This document shows positions 20,742 through 30,988 of a stretch of DNA of 64,000 bases, in pieces; the first letter of the stretch is position 1; each line of letters starts with the position of its first letter. Origin of the DNA: Porticoccaceae bacterium (GTDB taxonomy: Bacteria; Pseudomonadota; Gammaproteobacteria; Pseudomonadales; Porticoccaceae); the NCBI GenBank assembly GCA_045560645.1, contig JBJKZE010000002.1:12858-76857 (forward strand), written 5' to 3'. The notes under the pieces are model-generated. The model saw only the letters and a list, made by a program, of their open reading frames with translations. It was not told the DNA's origin and did not search any database. A program made the position numbers and the translations under genes.

Positions 20742-21857
20742 ATGAAACCAACGACTAAACCAAACAATCCAAATTTTTCTTCAGGGCCATGCTCTAAAAG
20801 ACCTGGCTATAGCGTCGAAAACCTTCAGCTAGAAACATTGGGGCGCTCTCATCGATCTTCCGTTGGTAAGAAGGCGTTGGGTAGAGCCTGTGAGCAGACA
20901 GCTGAAATACTCGGATTGCCAGAAGGTTATCGTGTTGGTGTAGTGCCGGCATCTGATACCGGCGCCGTAGAAATGATTATGTGGTCTGTTCTAGGTGAAC
21001 GCCCAGTAGATATTTTTGCTTGGGAATCTTTTGGTCGAGGCTGGTTAACCGATGCGGTAAAGCAACTAAAGCTGGATGACTTAAACAGTTACACAGCGGA
21101 CTACGGATTACTGCCAGACTTATCTCAGGCTAACCCTGACCATGATTGTATCTTTACTTGGAACGGCACTACATCGGGGGTAAAAGTTCCCAATGCAGAC
21201 TGGATTAGCGATGATAGAACAGGGCTAACCATCTGTGACGCAACTTCTGCCGTTTTTGCTATGGATATGCCATGGGAAAAGCTTGATGTTGTCACCTATA
21301 GTTGGCAAAAAGTACTTGGTGGTGAGGGGGCTCACGGTGTGCTGATTCTGAGTCCTAGAGCGGTTGAAAGGCTTGAAAGTTATACTCCGCCATGGCCATT
21401 GCCAAAAATTTTCCGCATGACTAAAGCCGGTAAATTAATTGAGGGCATCTTCCGCGGTGCTACTATTAATACCCCGTCTATGCTCTGCGTTGCCGATTAT
21501 TTAGACGCCCTAGACTGGGTTGAATCAATTGGTGGATTGTCGGCAGCTATTGCTAAATCTGAATCAAACCTAGCAACGATTAAGCAATTCGTTGACTCGC
21601 GTTCTTGGATTGATTTCCTAGCACAACAGCCAGAGCAAGTTTCAAATACCAGTGTTTGTCTAAGCCTAGACCTAGAGGCGGATCAAGTGAAACAAATGGT
21701 TTCACTGCTTGCAGAAGAGTCAGTTGCCTTTGATATAGGCGCCTATCGCGATGCCCCGGCTGGCTTGCGAATTTGGTGTGGCGCCACCGTCGAACAATCA
21801 GATGTAGAAGCTTTGCTACCATGGCTAGAATGGGCCTATAACCAAGTAGCTCAATAA
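20742..21857 (+). CDS. serC: Phosphoserine aminotransferase, Methanosarcina/alphaproteobacterial type
   Basis: [34 protein letters not shown] and [11 protein letters not shown]; ATG at 20742. Confidence 0.92.
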   Translation: MKPTTKPNNPNFSSGPCSKRPGYSVENLQLETLGRSHRSSVGKKALGRACEQTAEILGLPEGYRVGVVPASDTGAVEMIMWSVLGERPVDIFAWESFGRGWLTDAVKQLKLDDLNSYTADYGLLPDLSQANPDHDCIFTWNGTTSGVKVPNADWISDDRTGLTICDATSAVFAMDMPWEKLDVVTYSWQKVLGGEGAHGVLILSPRAVERLESYTPPWPLPKIFRMTKAGKLIEGIFRGATINTPSMLCVADYLDALDWVESIGGLSAAIAKSESNLATIKQFVDSRSWIDFLAQQPEQVSNTSVCLSLDLEADQVKQMVSLLAEESVAFDIGAYRDAPAGLRIWCGATVEQSDVEALLPWLEWAYNQVAQ

Positions 21858-21885
21858 TTGAAAAGAACTAATTAGAGAATTAACT

Positions 21886-23055
21886 ATGCATAAAATTCGT
21901 ACCTACAACGCTATTTCCTCAAAAGGCCTAAGCCGTTTTTCAGCTGAAAAATATGAAGTTGGCAGTGACTTGTCAGACCCTCAAGGCTTTATTTTACGAA
22001 GCCAAAAGTTACATGAGGAGCAGGTTCCGGAGAGTCTTTTAGCGGTAGCCAGAGCAGGTGCAGGGGTTAATAACGTCCCTGTGGCTGATTATACCGATCA
22101 GGGTATTGTTGTTTTCAACACCCCTGGGGCAAACGCCAATGCGGTTAAAGAATTAATTGTTGCCGGTCTTCTTCTAGCTTCACGTGATATCTATGGCGGC
22201 ATGAACTATGTTCAAGAGTTGACCCATATGGATGACGGCGGTGAGATGGGCAAGCTGCTTGAAAAAGAGAAAAAGCGTTTTGCAGGTTCTGAAATTATGG
22301 GTAAAACACTCGGCGTGGTTGGCTTGGGTGCTATAGGATCGATAATTGCCAACCTTGCGCTGGATCTTGGTATGGATGTTGTCGGCTATGATCCGGCTAT
22401 TTCAGTTGAGGCTGCATGGCAGCTATCGAGTCAGGTCGAGCGAATGGATAGTCTTGAGGCATTGCTTGCAAAGTCTGACTTTGTGACCCTTCATGTCCCA
22501 GCTATTCCTGCGACTAAGCATCTTATCAACAGTGACACTCTTAGCGTGATGAAAAGTAGCGCGAAGATTCTAAATTTTGCTCGCGAAGAAATTGTTAGTA
22601 CCGAAGATATGGTTAAGGCTCTAGAGAGCGGCGTACTCGCTGGCTATATATGTGATTTCCCAACGCCGGAATTTTTGGGTAACCCAAAAATAATTGCTAT
22701 GCCGCATATCGGTGCTAGTACCGCAGAAGCAGAAGAAAATTGTGCAGTAATGGCAGCTAATCAGCTAATGGACTATATCGAAAATGGCAATATCCATAAT
22801 TCGGTAAACTTCCCGCCGACCAAGTTGGCGCGCAATGGTGGCGGTCGCCTAACCTTTGCCAACCAAAATGTACCGAAGGTTCTTGGCAGCGTGCTTTCAA
22901 TACTTGCTGACTTCGATCTTAATGTTGTCGACATGGTGAATAAGAGTCGCAATGAAGTCGCCTACAATATTATCGATGTTGAAGGTGATATTTCTGATGA
23001 AATACTGCAGAAAGTGGGTCAGGTTGAAGGCGTAATACGCGTTAGAGCGGTATAG
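21886..23055 (+). CDS. serA: D-3-phosphoglycerate dehydrogenase with C-terminal ACT domain
   Basis: ARAGAGVNN, GLGAIG, NFAR and PHIGAST; follows serC. Confidence 0.92.
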   Translation: MHKIRTYNAISSKGLSRFSAEKYEVGSDLSDPQGFILRSQKLHEEQVPESLLAVARAGAGVNNVPVADYTDQGIVVFNTPGANANAVKELIVAGLLLASRDIYGGMNYVQELTHMDDGGEMGKLLEKEKKRFAGSEIMGKTLGVVGLGAIGSIIANLALDLGMDVVGYDPAISVEAAWQLSSQVERMDSLEALLAKSDFVTLHVPAIPATKHLINSDTLSVMKSSAKILNFAREEIVSTEDMVKALESGVLAGYICDFPTPEFLGNPKIIAMPHIGASTAEAEENCAVMAANQLMDYIENGNIHNSVNFPPTKLARNGGGRLTFANQNVPKVLGSVLSILADFDLNVVDMVNKSRNEVAYNIIDVEGDISDEILQKVGQVEGVIRVRAV

Positions 23056-23064
23056 GTTTCAGTC

Positions 23065-24048
23065 CTAGTTAAATAATTTTGCTCTAACCGTTTGGCGGTA
23101 CGCCTTAGGCGTATCGCCAGACCATTGCCTAAACCGCGACGAAAACCAAGTCGCATCTTTAAAGCCGCTGAATCCAGCGACTTCCAAAATTGACAAATCA
23201 GTATTCTTTAATAAATCACAGGCGAAAGTCATTCGCACATGGGTTATATAATCAACCGGCGTTTGCCCTGTAGCCGTTTTAAAGCGCCGATTAAAGGTCC
23301 TTGTTGTCATGCCAAACTGATTGGACAAATTAGGCACGCTAAGTAATTTAGCCAGATTATCCTGAATCCAAATTTGTGCCTGTGCTATTGCTTCATCGCC
23401 ATGCTTGTTTTGACGTTTTCCCTCGTAGTTTGCCGATTCAGTTAGATTGCGAATTTCATGGAAAAAATTTCTCTGCGCCTGGCGGGCAATAATACGCCCA
23501 AAAATACGTTCTACCTGATGCATAATAAGTTCTGCCATGGCGTTGACACTGGCCGCGCAGTAAATATTTCCGGCTTGGGTGGTAAACTGCTCTCGCTCTA
23601 GCTGTATCCTTGGATAGCGGCGTTGCAATTGATCAAAATAGTGCCAGTGCGTTGTAGCTGGTTTGTCATCTAGCAGGCCTGCCTCAGCGAGAAAACAAAC
23701 GCCGGTGCCTACCGCGGTAAAATTGGAATTTTTTCTATGTTGCTGCTGTAGCCATGGAATATAGGCTTGGTATTTATCGACAACTGGTCGAGGGTTTCGC
23801 CACATCGCAGGAATATGCACCAAATCACTATCAAACAGATCGCCAAGAGAATGAGTGGGATGCAACTCAAAGCCAGCAGAAGTTTTAACCGCTTTACCAT
23901 CGGGGCTAAGCCAGCGAATATTGATTTCTTTGGTGTTTTCGCGATTGGCGCGAGCAGCCGTTTGCGCAAAATTAAAAATTTCAGCCGCCAAGGTGGTGCT
24001 CGAGACCAGCATATTATCGCAAAGCAAAAGAGTTAAATTAAAAATCAT
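23065..24048 (-). CDS. GlxA-family (GATase1 + AraC HTH) transcriptional regulator
   Basis: LAEAGLLD..ATTHW GATase-like domain; C-terminal RTFNRRFK..TGQTP AraC HTH. Confidence 0.92.
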   Translation of the reverse strand: MIFNLTLLLCDNMLVSSTTLAAEIFNFAQTAARANRENTKEINIRWLSPDGKAVKTSAGFELHPTHSLGDLFDSDLVHIPAMWRNPRPVVDKYQAYIPWLQQQHRKNSNFTAVGTGVCFLAEAGLLDDKPATTHWHYFDQLQRRYPRIQLEREQFTTQAGNIYCAASVNAMAELIMHQVERIFGRIIARQAQRNFFHEIRNLTESANYEGKRQNKHGDEAIAQAQIWIQDNLAKLLSVPNLSNQFGMTTRTFNRRFKTATGQTPVDYITHVRMTFACDLLKNTDLSILEVAGFSGFKDATWFSSRFRQWSGDTPKAYRQTVRAKLFN

Positions 24049-24109
24049 GGCTAAAAATATAGCATAAAAGTCTTAATAATTAACTAATATGGCTAAATAG
24101 TTAACTAAA
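24047..24109. repeat. Three imperfect 21-bp tandem direct repeats (putative AraC-family operator)
   Basis: ATGGCTAAAAATATAGCATAA / AAGTCTTAATAATTAACTAAT / ATGGCTAAATAGTTAACTAAA; unit 3 matches unit 1 at 15/21 and unit 2 at 16/21. Confidence 0.6.
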
Positions 24110-24167
24110 TATCCAAAAAATCCGATTAAACTGATACAAAGCGCATCAAATAATTGAGGGAGAGAGG

Positions 24168-26063
24168 ATGTCAGTATCATTGCCACTTATTGTTGGTTAT
24201 GGCGGCTATAATGCGGCGGGACGCAGTTCGTCAGATCAGGCGTTTAGGCGTATGATTTTAGAGTCACTACCGCAAAGCCAGCAACAACAAACCATTGTCA
24301 GCCTTGCCTGTCTTATGGGCCTAGTAAAGGCCACCGATCATGGCTTTAAGACAGCAGATGCACAAATTATTGATGCCTCTGAAGTAGATAAGCAGTTTCG
24401 CAGTACGGTTTTAAGTGGCACCCTAGTGAGAAAAATTTCTTCTTTTGATCCCAATGCCGTATCTGGCAATAAAAAAGTAAGTCTAAGTGCAAGCGCTGAG
24501 TCCCAGCCAGTATTTACCATTGCTAAGCGTGATTTGCCTACAGTGACCCCCAAGCATTGGCAGCTAAGGGATCTAGAAGATGGCACCTTTGAAGTTAAGC
24601 TCAGCCAAGATAGCGATCTTTTAGTGGGCTCAGACTATGAATTAGCGGCCAAGGCTGCTGGTGAACTGCCTCAAGGATTCGACCCGGCGGATCATTACAA
24701 TGCGCGCTTTCACCCTCGTACATTACAAATGGCATTAATGGGCGCTAGTGATGCCTTGCATTCGGTGGGTGTTGAGTGGCAAACCATTGCCGATGCCGTT
24801 AAGCCTGATCAGATAGGTGTTTACTCCTCGAGCGGTTTTAGCCAAATGAGCGAAGAGGGTTTTGGCGGACTATTTCAGGCACGCTTAAAAGGCGGAAGAA
24901 CCACGGCCAAGCAAGTGCCTATGGGGCTTAATTCCATGCCTGCCGATTTTATTAATGCCTATGTGCTCGGCAGTGTAGGTCATACCGAAGCTATTACAGG
25001 TGCTTGTGCCACCTTCCTTTATTGTTTGCAAGCCGCGGTTAGAGATATTCGCAGCGGTTTACGTCGGGTTGCTATTGTCGGCAATGCAGAATCAGTCATA
25101 ATGCCTGAGGTTTCAGAAGGGTTCTCTAATATGAGTGCCCTGGGCAGCGATGAGAATTTAGCCAAATTAGATGGTACAAACAAACCAGACTGGCGCCGTG
25201 CCAGCCGTCCTTTTGGAGAAAATTGTGGCTTTACCCTCGCTGAGGGCACGCAATATGTTGTTTTGATGGACGATGCCTTAACCGTCGAATTAGGTGCAGA
25301 TATTCATGGTGCTATACCCGAAATATTTATTAATGCCGATGGGGTTAAAAAGTCCATTTCTGCGCCGGGGGTAGGCAATACCATTTCTTTTGCCAAAGCT
25401 GTGGCCTCTGCGGTGAGTATTGTCGGCAAAGAAACAGTGCAAAATAATAGTTTTGTCCACGCCCATGGTTCCAGTACGCCGGCAAATCGCACCACTGAAT
25501 CCAATTTAATTAATCGCGTAGCTGAGGCCTTTGATATTAATGACTGGCCAGTAACTGCGGTTAAGTCCTATGTCGGCCACACTATTTCAACTGCCAGTGG
25601 CGACCAGTTAATGTCGGCGCTTGGAACTTTTAAGTATCAGATTATTCCCGGCATCAAAACGATTAGTAAAGTAGCTGATGATGTAAATCAGCAACATACG
25701 GTGTTTCCACTGCAAGATATGGATATGAGCGACAAAAATATGCATGTCGCCTTTATTAATTCGAAGGGCTTTGGTGGCAACAATGCGACGGCAATGGTGC
25801 TATCACCCCAGCAAGTAGAAAAAATGATGGCGGCTCGTTATGGCGAACAGCTAGAAGCTTACTTTGCCAAACGAAAAACAACGCGAGAAAACGCTGAAGC
25901 CTATGCCAACTGTGCCGATATCGCAGAGTTGAATGTGGTTTATCGTTTTGGTGAAACGCTGATCGACGAAGAAAAGGTAAGAATTACCAAAGAGGGCATA
26001 AGTATTCCAGGCCTTGCGCAGGATGTTGCTTTTGATTTGGACAATCCTTACTCAGATATGTAG
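24168..26063 (+). CDS. fabY: Beta-ketoacyl synthase, FabY-like (KAS I/II-fold initiation enzyme)
   Basis: ~630 aa; GGYNAAGRSS N-terminus; catalytic GACATF, HAHGSST and KSYVGH; NSKGFGGNN. Confidence 0.85.
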   Translation: MSVSLPLIVGYGGYNAAGRSSSDQAFRRMILESLPQSQQQQTIVSLACLMGLVKATDHGFKTADAQIIDASEVDKQFRSTVLSGTLVRKISSFDPNAVSGNKKVSLSASAESQPVFTIAKRDLPTVTPKHWQLRDLEDGTFEVKLSQDSDLLVGSDYELAAKAAGELPQGFDPADHYNARFHPRTLQMALMGASDALHSVGVEWQTIADAVKPDQIGVYSSSGFSQMSEEGFGGLFQARLKGGRTTAKQVPMGLNSMPADFINAYVLGSVGHTEAITGACATFLYCLQAAVRDIRSGLRRVAIVGNAESVIMPEVSEGFSNMSALGSDENLAKLDGTNKPDWRRASRPFGENCGFTLAEGTQYVVLMDDALTVELGADIHGAIPEIFINADGVKKSISAPGVGNTISFAKAVASAVSIVGKETVQNNSFVHAHGSSTPANRTTESNLINRVAEAFDINDWPVTAVKSYVGHTISTASGDQLMSALGTFKYQIIPGIKTISKVADDVNQQHTVFPLQDMDMSDKNMHVAFINSKGFGGNNATAMVLSPQQVEKMMAARYGEQLEAYFAKRKTTRENAEAYANCADIAELNVVYRFGETLIDEEKVRITKEGISIPGLAQDVAFDLDNPYSDM

Positions 26064-26076
26064 GGCTGTTCTGAGA

Positions 26077-26808
26077 TTAGTTGGCGAGTAGGTTGTCTAA
26101 TAAGCTGTGTGTTAACCAATTAATGCGCCTAGCCTGCCCGATCCATTCCGTATTTTCTTCTCCATTCTTTGCTGTTTGAACATTAAATCTTCCGCCATGC
26201 ACCGCGATAATATCTCCACTTGTGCTATCCACTATAGGGCTTCCAGAGCTACCTTCTTGAACGGCGCAGTTATGTAGCAACAGTTTATTATTTGTCAGAT
26301 GGGGGTGGTTAATTTTTTGGCATTGCGTCTGCTTAAAGCTGCCTGCATAGGGGCTAATCAAAGAAAACTCTACTATTGAACTAGAATTTTTTTCCGCTAG
26401 CGTAAGTTTGGGCTGATGGGCTTTGTTTTTTAGTCGGATAAAAACAAGGTCGCTTTCGGCTTGTGCAATTTTATCCTTATTATTTACCGAGTAACTGTGA
26501 GTAGATATTGTTTTAAAGCCAATGCCACTGAGTCGTTTATTTTGTGGTCGGTAATCGCACTGGTTAAAAAGCTGGTCGGTTTGTGGGTCGTAAATAACAT
26601 GGGCGGCAGTCACAATAACCGATTGATTGGGGTCAAAACCTTGGGGTAATTGAATATGCGTGGCTACGCCACGAATGCCGCCATCACAGTAAATGGTGCC
26701 TACCGCTTGGGTATAATCTTTGGCTTGTGTTGGTAGTGAGCAAAGTATAAATAGGGCAGTGACTAGCGCTAGAAAATTAGCATTTGTCCTGCCTAGGCTG
26801 ATTACCAC
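26077..26808 (-). CDS. Secreted trypsin-like (V8/S1B-type) serine protease
   Basis: Signal peptide ending PTQA; TAAH, ESDL and GSSGSP triad motifs; GTG at 26808 overlaps the rsmE stop (TAGTG). Confidence 0.8.
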   Translation of the reverse strand: MVISLGRTNANFLALVTALFILCSLPTQAKDYTQAVGTIYCDGGIRGVATHIQLPQGFDPNQSVIVTAAHVIYDPQTDQLFNQCDYRPQNKRLSGIGFKTISTHSYSVNNKDKIAQAESDLVFIRLKNKAHQPKLTLAEKNSSSIVEFSLISPYAGSFKQTQCQKINHPHLTNNKLLLHNCAVQEGSSGSPIVDSTSGDIIAVHGGRFNVQTAKNGEENTEWIGQARRINWLTHSLLDNLLAN

Positions 26809-27539
26809 TAGCTCATATCTCCCCAAAGGGATTGCAGTATTGAGATCGCGGCCAAAGGCGCGGTTTCGGTTCGTAGTACTCTTGGACCCAACGCAAGCGC
26901 TTGGAAATCTTGGGCTATTGCCTGTTCAATTTCACGCTCGCTGAGACCACCTTCGGGACCAACTAACAAGGCGATCTGGCCGCTGGGCTGAGGCATGTCG
27001 GCAAGACGTGATTCAGTGCGATGGTGAAGTACCAATTTAAGTGAACTATCACAGTGGGTTTGCCACTGGTCTAGCTTTAAGGGCTTATTGATTTGCGGCA
27101 CTCGGTTGCGCTGACTCTGCTCACAGGCACTTATAGCCACCTGTTGCCAGTGTCCCACTTTTTTATCCAGCCGATCACCGCTAAGTTTAACTTCACAGCG
27201 CTCAGTAAAAAGGGGAGTAATTTCACTTACGCCAAGCTCTGTGGCTTTTTGCATAATCCAATCCATGCGTTCACCACGAGAAATGCCAATAGCTAGGTGA
27301 ATAGACAGTGATGATTCTCGATCGGTCTGATCAAATTCAGTGATACGCACTGAAGCCTTGCCCTTTTGAGCATCGACTAGCTCGGCAGTATATTCGCCGC
27401 CTTGACCATTAAACAGAGTCACTAACTGACCAGAGTTCATTCGCAACGCTGAGGTCAAATGCCTTGCTGCACCGGCTTCAAGCTCGATGCAGTCGCCAAT
27501 GGCCATGGTTTGCGGAGAATAAACTCTGGGAATACGCAT
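26808..27539 (-). CDS. rsmE: 16S rRNA m3U1498 methyltransferase
   Basis: QKATELGV, GPEGG and LGPRVLRTETA motifs. Confidence 0.97.
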   Translation of the reverse strand: MRIPRVYSPQTMAIGDCIELEAGAARHLTSALRMNSGQLVTLFNGQGGEYTAELVDAQKGKASVRITEFDQTDRESSLSIHLAIGISRGERMDWIMQKATELGVSEITPLFTERCEVKLSGDRLDKKVGHWQQVAISACEQSQRNRVPQINKPLKLDQWQTHCDSSLKLVLHHRTESRLADMPQPSGQIALLVGPEGGLSEREIEQAIAQDFQALALGPRVLRTETAPLAAISILQSLWGDMS

Positions 27540-27542
27540 GGC

Positions 27543-28388
27543 TTAGTTGGAGCTATCCAAGCCTAGGTTTTGACATAGGCTATCGGAAATCTGCCATTGA
27601 TTCATGGTGTAAAAGTGTAAGCCCGGCGCACCACCTGCAAGTAGTGTTTCACACAGATTACTAACAATCTCTATACCGTAATTGACTAAATCTTGCTGAT
27701 TATCTTTGCGCTCTTTTAACTGCCATTGCAACCAACGCGGAATTTCGGCACCACAGTTTTCTGAAAATCGTAAAAGATTCTGAAAATTAGTTAAGGGCAT
27801 AATGCCCGGCACTATGGGCTTGTCGATACCCGCTTTTTGGCAGTTTTCGACAAACTGAAAATAGGCATCAGGATTATAAAAATACTGGGTAATCGCGCGG
27901 TTAGCACCGGCCTTAAACTTTTCGCCTAACCAGTAGATGTCTTTACTGTAGCTTTCGGCTTCAGGATGAATTTCTGGGTAGGCGGCGACATTGATATCAA
28001 AGTGATCGTCGGTTTTTTCCCGAATCAGTGCGACTAATTCATTAGCATGTACTAGCTGTGTGGTGCCACCAATACCTGAGGGCAGATCGCCGCGCAGGGC
28101 GACAAGATTTGATATACCAGCTTGCTTATATTCATTAATTAATCCAAGCACAGTCTCTTCGCTATCACCGCCAAATGAGAGGTGAGGTGCGGCCTGGTAG
28201 TCCTGTTGCTGCAGATCTAATACCAGTTGCTTGGTGGTATCACGGGTCGATCCACCAGCACCATAGGTTACCGAGAAAAATTCTGGGTTATAGCGATTGA
28301 GTTTTTCGCAGGTGAGCTGCAATTTTTGCCGCCCCTGCTCAGTTTTTGCAGCGAAAAACTCAAAGCTAATATGTGGTTGTGTAGCCAT
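27543..28388 (-). CDS. metF: 5,10-methylenetetrahydrofolate reductase
   Basis: SFEFF, VTYGAGG, ALRGD, AYPE.HP, ITQYF and HFYTMN motifs. Confidence 0.95.
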   Translation of the reverse strand: MATQPHISFEFFAAKTEQGRQKLQLTCEKLNRYNPEFFSVTYGAGGSTRDTTKQLVLDLQQQDYQAAPHLSFGGDSEETVLGLINEYKQAGISNLVALRGDLPSGIGGTTQLVHANELVALIREKTDDHFDINVAAYPEIHPEAESYSKDIYWLGEKFKAGANRAITQYFYNPDAYFQFVENCQKAGIDKPIVPGIMPLTNFQNLLRFSENCGAEIPRWLQWQLKERKDNQQDLVNYGIEIVSNLCETLLAGGAPGLHFYTMNQWQISDSLCQNLGLDSSN

Positions 28389-28404
28389 AAAAAATCCGTT
28401 TTAT

Positions 28405-29796
28405 TTAGTATTTGTAGCTATCATTTTTGAAGGGGCCATCAACGGTAACATTGATGTAATCGGCCTGCGCCTGAGTTAGCTTGGTGATTACACCGCCAAA
28501 ACCACTAACCATATGGGCAGCAACTTCTTCATCAAGATGTTTTGGCAACACTTCAACCCCCAGCAATTTAGTCTGAGTAGCCTTATCTTGATTAGCAAAG
28601 CCGCGGCCATAGAGTTCAATTTGCGCTAATACCTGATTGGCAAATGAACCATCCATAATACGACTTGGATGGCCGGTAGCATTGCCAAGATTAACCAAGC
28701 GACCTTCAGCTAATAACAGCAGATGATCATTGCTTTCTTGGTCACGGTAAACCTTATGCACCTGAGGCTTAATTTCTTCCCAGCGCCAAGTTTCGCGCAT
28801 ATAAGCAGTGTCGATTTCATTATCAAAGTGGCCGATATTACATACCACACAACCGCTTTTAATCGCAGCTAGTACGCTTGAGTCGCATACATTGTAGTTG
28901 CCAGTGGTAGTAACCAATAAATCAGTTGTGGCTAACAACTCAGTATTCACGCCTTGATTGAAATCGCCATTATTGTAAGTTGAAACTACTTCGAAGCCGT
29001 CCATACAGGCCTGCATGGCACAGATTGGATCCACTTCAGTTACCTTAACAATCATGCCTTCTTGGCGCAGGGATTGAGCAGAACCCTTGCCCACATCACC
29101 ATAACCAATAACCAAGGCTTTCTTGCCTGATAATAGGTGATCGGTAGCGCGCTTAATAGCATCATTCAGGCTGTGACGACAGCCGTATTTATTGTCATTT
29201 TTTGACTTGGTAACCGAATCATTAACATTAATTGCCGGCACTTTAAGCTCACCTGCTTCAAGCATTTCATATAAGCGATGAACACCCGTAGTAGTCTCTT
29301 CAGTTACACCATGCACCTGCTCTAATACTTGATGATACTTCTGATGTAAAAGCGAAGTCAGGTCGCCTCCATCGTCTAGGATCATATTGGCATTCCAAGG
29401 CTCGCCATCTTTTAATACTTGCTGTTCTAAGCACCAATCATATTCTTCTTCAGTTTCACCCTTCCAAGCAAAAACCGGTGTGCCATTGGCTGCAATAGCG
29501 GCTGCGGCATGATCCTGCGTTGAGAAAATATTACATGAAGTCCAGCGCACTTCTGCGCCTAGTGACTCTAATGTCTCAATAAGCACCGCAGTTTGAATGG
29601 TCATATGGATACAGCCCAAAATTCTTGCGCCAGCCAGTGGTTGCTCACCGTTATATTTACTGCGAAGCGCCATCAGCGCAGGCATTTCTGATTCAGCAAT
29701 GGAAATTTCTTTTCTACCCCACTCGGCTAAATTGATATCCGCCACTTTATAATCAGTGAATGGCGCGTTATTTTTTACGGATTTTAATACGGTCAT
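28405..29796 (-). CDS. ahcY: S-adenosylhomocysteine hydrolase
   Basis: [28 protein letters not shown] and GRLVNLG motifs. Confidence 0.98.
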   Translation of the reverse strand: MTVLKSVKNNAPFTDYKVADINLAEWGRKEISIAESEMPALMALRSKYNGEQPLAGARILGCIHMTIQTAVLIETLESLGAEVRWTSCNIFSTQDHAAAAIAANGTPVFAWKGETEEEYDWCLEQQVLKDGEPWNANMILDDGGDLTSLLHQKYHQVLEQVHGVTEETTTGVHRLYEMLEAGELKVPAINVNDSVTKSKNDNKYGCRHSLNDAIKRATDHLLSGKKALVIGYGDVGKGSAQSLRQEGMIVKVTEVDPICAMQACMDGFEVVSTYNNGDFNQGVNTELLATTDLLVTTTGNYNVCDSSVLAAIKSGCVVCNIGHFDNEIDTAYMRETWRWEEIKPQVHKVYRDQESNDHLLLLAEGRLVNLGNATGHPSRIMDGSFANQVLAQIELYGRGFANQDKATQTKLLGVEVLPKHLDEEVAAHMVSGFGGVITKLTQAQADYINVTVDGPFKNDSYKY

Positions 29797-29824
29797 ATTG
29801 GTTACCTTTAAATATGTCTATTAA

Positions 29825-30979
29825 CTACAGTGCTTTTTTAAGCGCTGCAGCTCGATCAGTTTTTTCCCATGTGAAGCTTGATTCAGTGCGGCCAAAATGC
29901 CCATAAGAGGCAGTTTTACGATAGATTGGCTTGCGTAGATCTAGCATCTCGATTAATCCTCTAGGACGCAGATCAAATTGCTCGCGAACTAGTTCTACAA
30001 TTTTTTCATCAGAGAGTTTTCCCGTACCAAAGGTATTGATACTGATAGAGGTAGGCTCTGATACACCAATGGCATAGGAAATTTGAATTTCACAGCGATC
30101 GGCTAGGCCGGCGGCAACAATATTTTTGGCCACATAGCGTCCGGCGTATGCTGCTGAGCGATCCACTTTTGTGGGGTCTTTGCCAGAAAAAGCACCACCG
30201 CCGTGATGCGCCATACCACCATAGGTATCGACAATAATTTTTCGTCCGGTAAGGCCACAGTCACCCATTGGCCCACCAATTTCAAAGTTGCCGGTTGGGT
30301 TAATATGGTACTGGGTACCGTTATGTAGCCATTCGGCAGGCAAAACATGGTCGACTATTTCACTGCGTACGGCAGCCTGTAAATCTTTTTGTGAAATATC
30401 CGGAGAGTGCTGGGTGGATAGCACCACTGCGTCTACCGCAACCGGAACACCATTATCATATCTGAGGGTGACTTGGCTTTTGGCATCGGGACGCAACCAT
30501 GGCAGGGCGCCACTCTTTCTTAATTGCGCCTGACGCTCGACTAAACGGTGCGAGTAAAAAATAGGTGCGGGCATCAGCACCTCGGTTTCGTTACTGGCAT
30601 AACCAAACATAAGGCCCTGATCACCGGCGCCTATATCTTTATCTTCAGCCTCATCAACCCCCTGAGCAATATCCGAAGACTGCTTGCCGATGGCGTTAAT
30701 AACAGCGCAAGAATTGCCGTCGAAGCCTTTATCTGAGTGGTCATAGCCAATATCAGTAATCACATCGCGGACAATTTGCTCCAAATCCACATAGGTTTTA
30801 GTGCGCACTTCGCCGGCAATAATCGCCATGCCGGTTTTGACCATAGTTTCTACCGCTACCCGCGAGTGAGGATCATCGGCAATAATGGCATCTAGAACAG
30901 CATCAGAAATTTGATCGGCCATTTTGTCCGGATGGCCCTCAGATACTGATTCAGAGGTAAAAAGATTATAGGTTGACAT
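29825..30979 (-). CDS. metK: S-adenosylmethionine synthetase
   Basis: [17 protein letters not shown] and GGGAFSGKD motifs. Confidence 0.98.
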   Translation of the reverse strand: MSTYNLFTSESVSEGHPDKMADQISDAVLDAIIADDPHSRVAVETMVKTGMAIIAGEVRTKTYVDLEQIVRDVITDIGYDHSDKGFDGNSCAVINAIGKQSSDIAQGVDEAEDKDIGAGDQGLMFGYASNETEVLMPAPIFYSHRLVERQAQLRKSGALPWLRPDAKSQVTLRYDNGVPVAVDAVVLSTQHSPDISQKDLQAAVRSEIVDHVLPAEWLHNGTQYHINPTGNFEIGGPMGDCGLTGRKIIVDTYGGMAHHGGGAFSGKDPTKVDRSAAYAGRYVAKNIVAAGLADRCEIQISYAIGVSEPTSISINTFGTGKLSDEKIVELVREQFDLRPRGLIEMLDLRKPIYRKTASYGHFGRTESSFTWEKTDRAAALKKAL

Positions 30980-30988
30980 AAGGTTCCT

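Noticed and set aside
29797-29824. SAH riboswitch upstream of ahcY
   Set aside because: The spacer is only 28 bp, too short for the aptamer.
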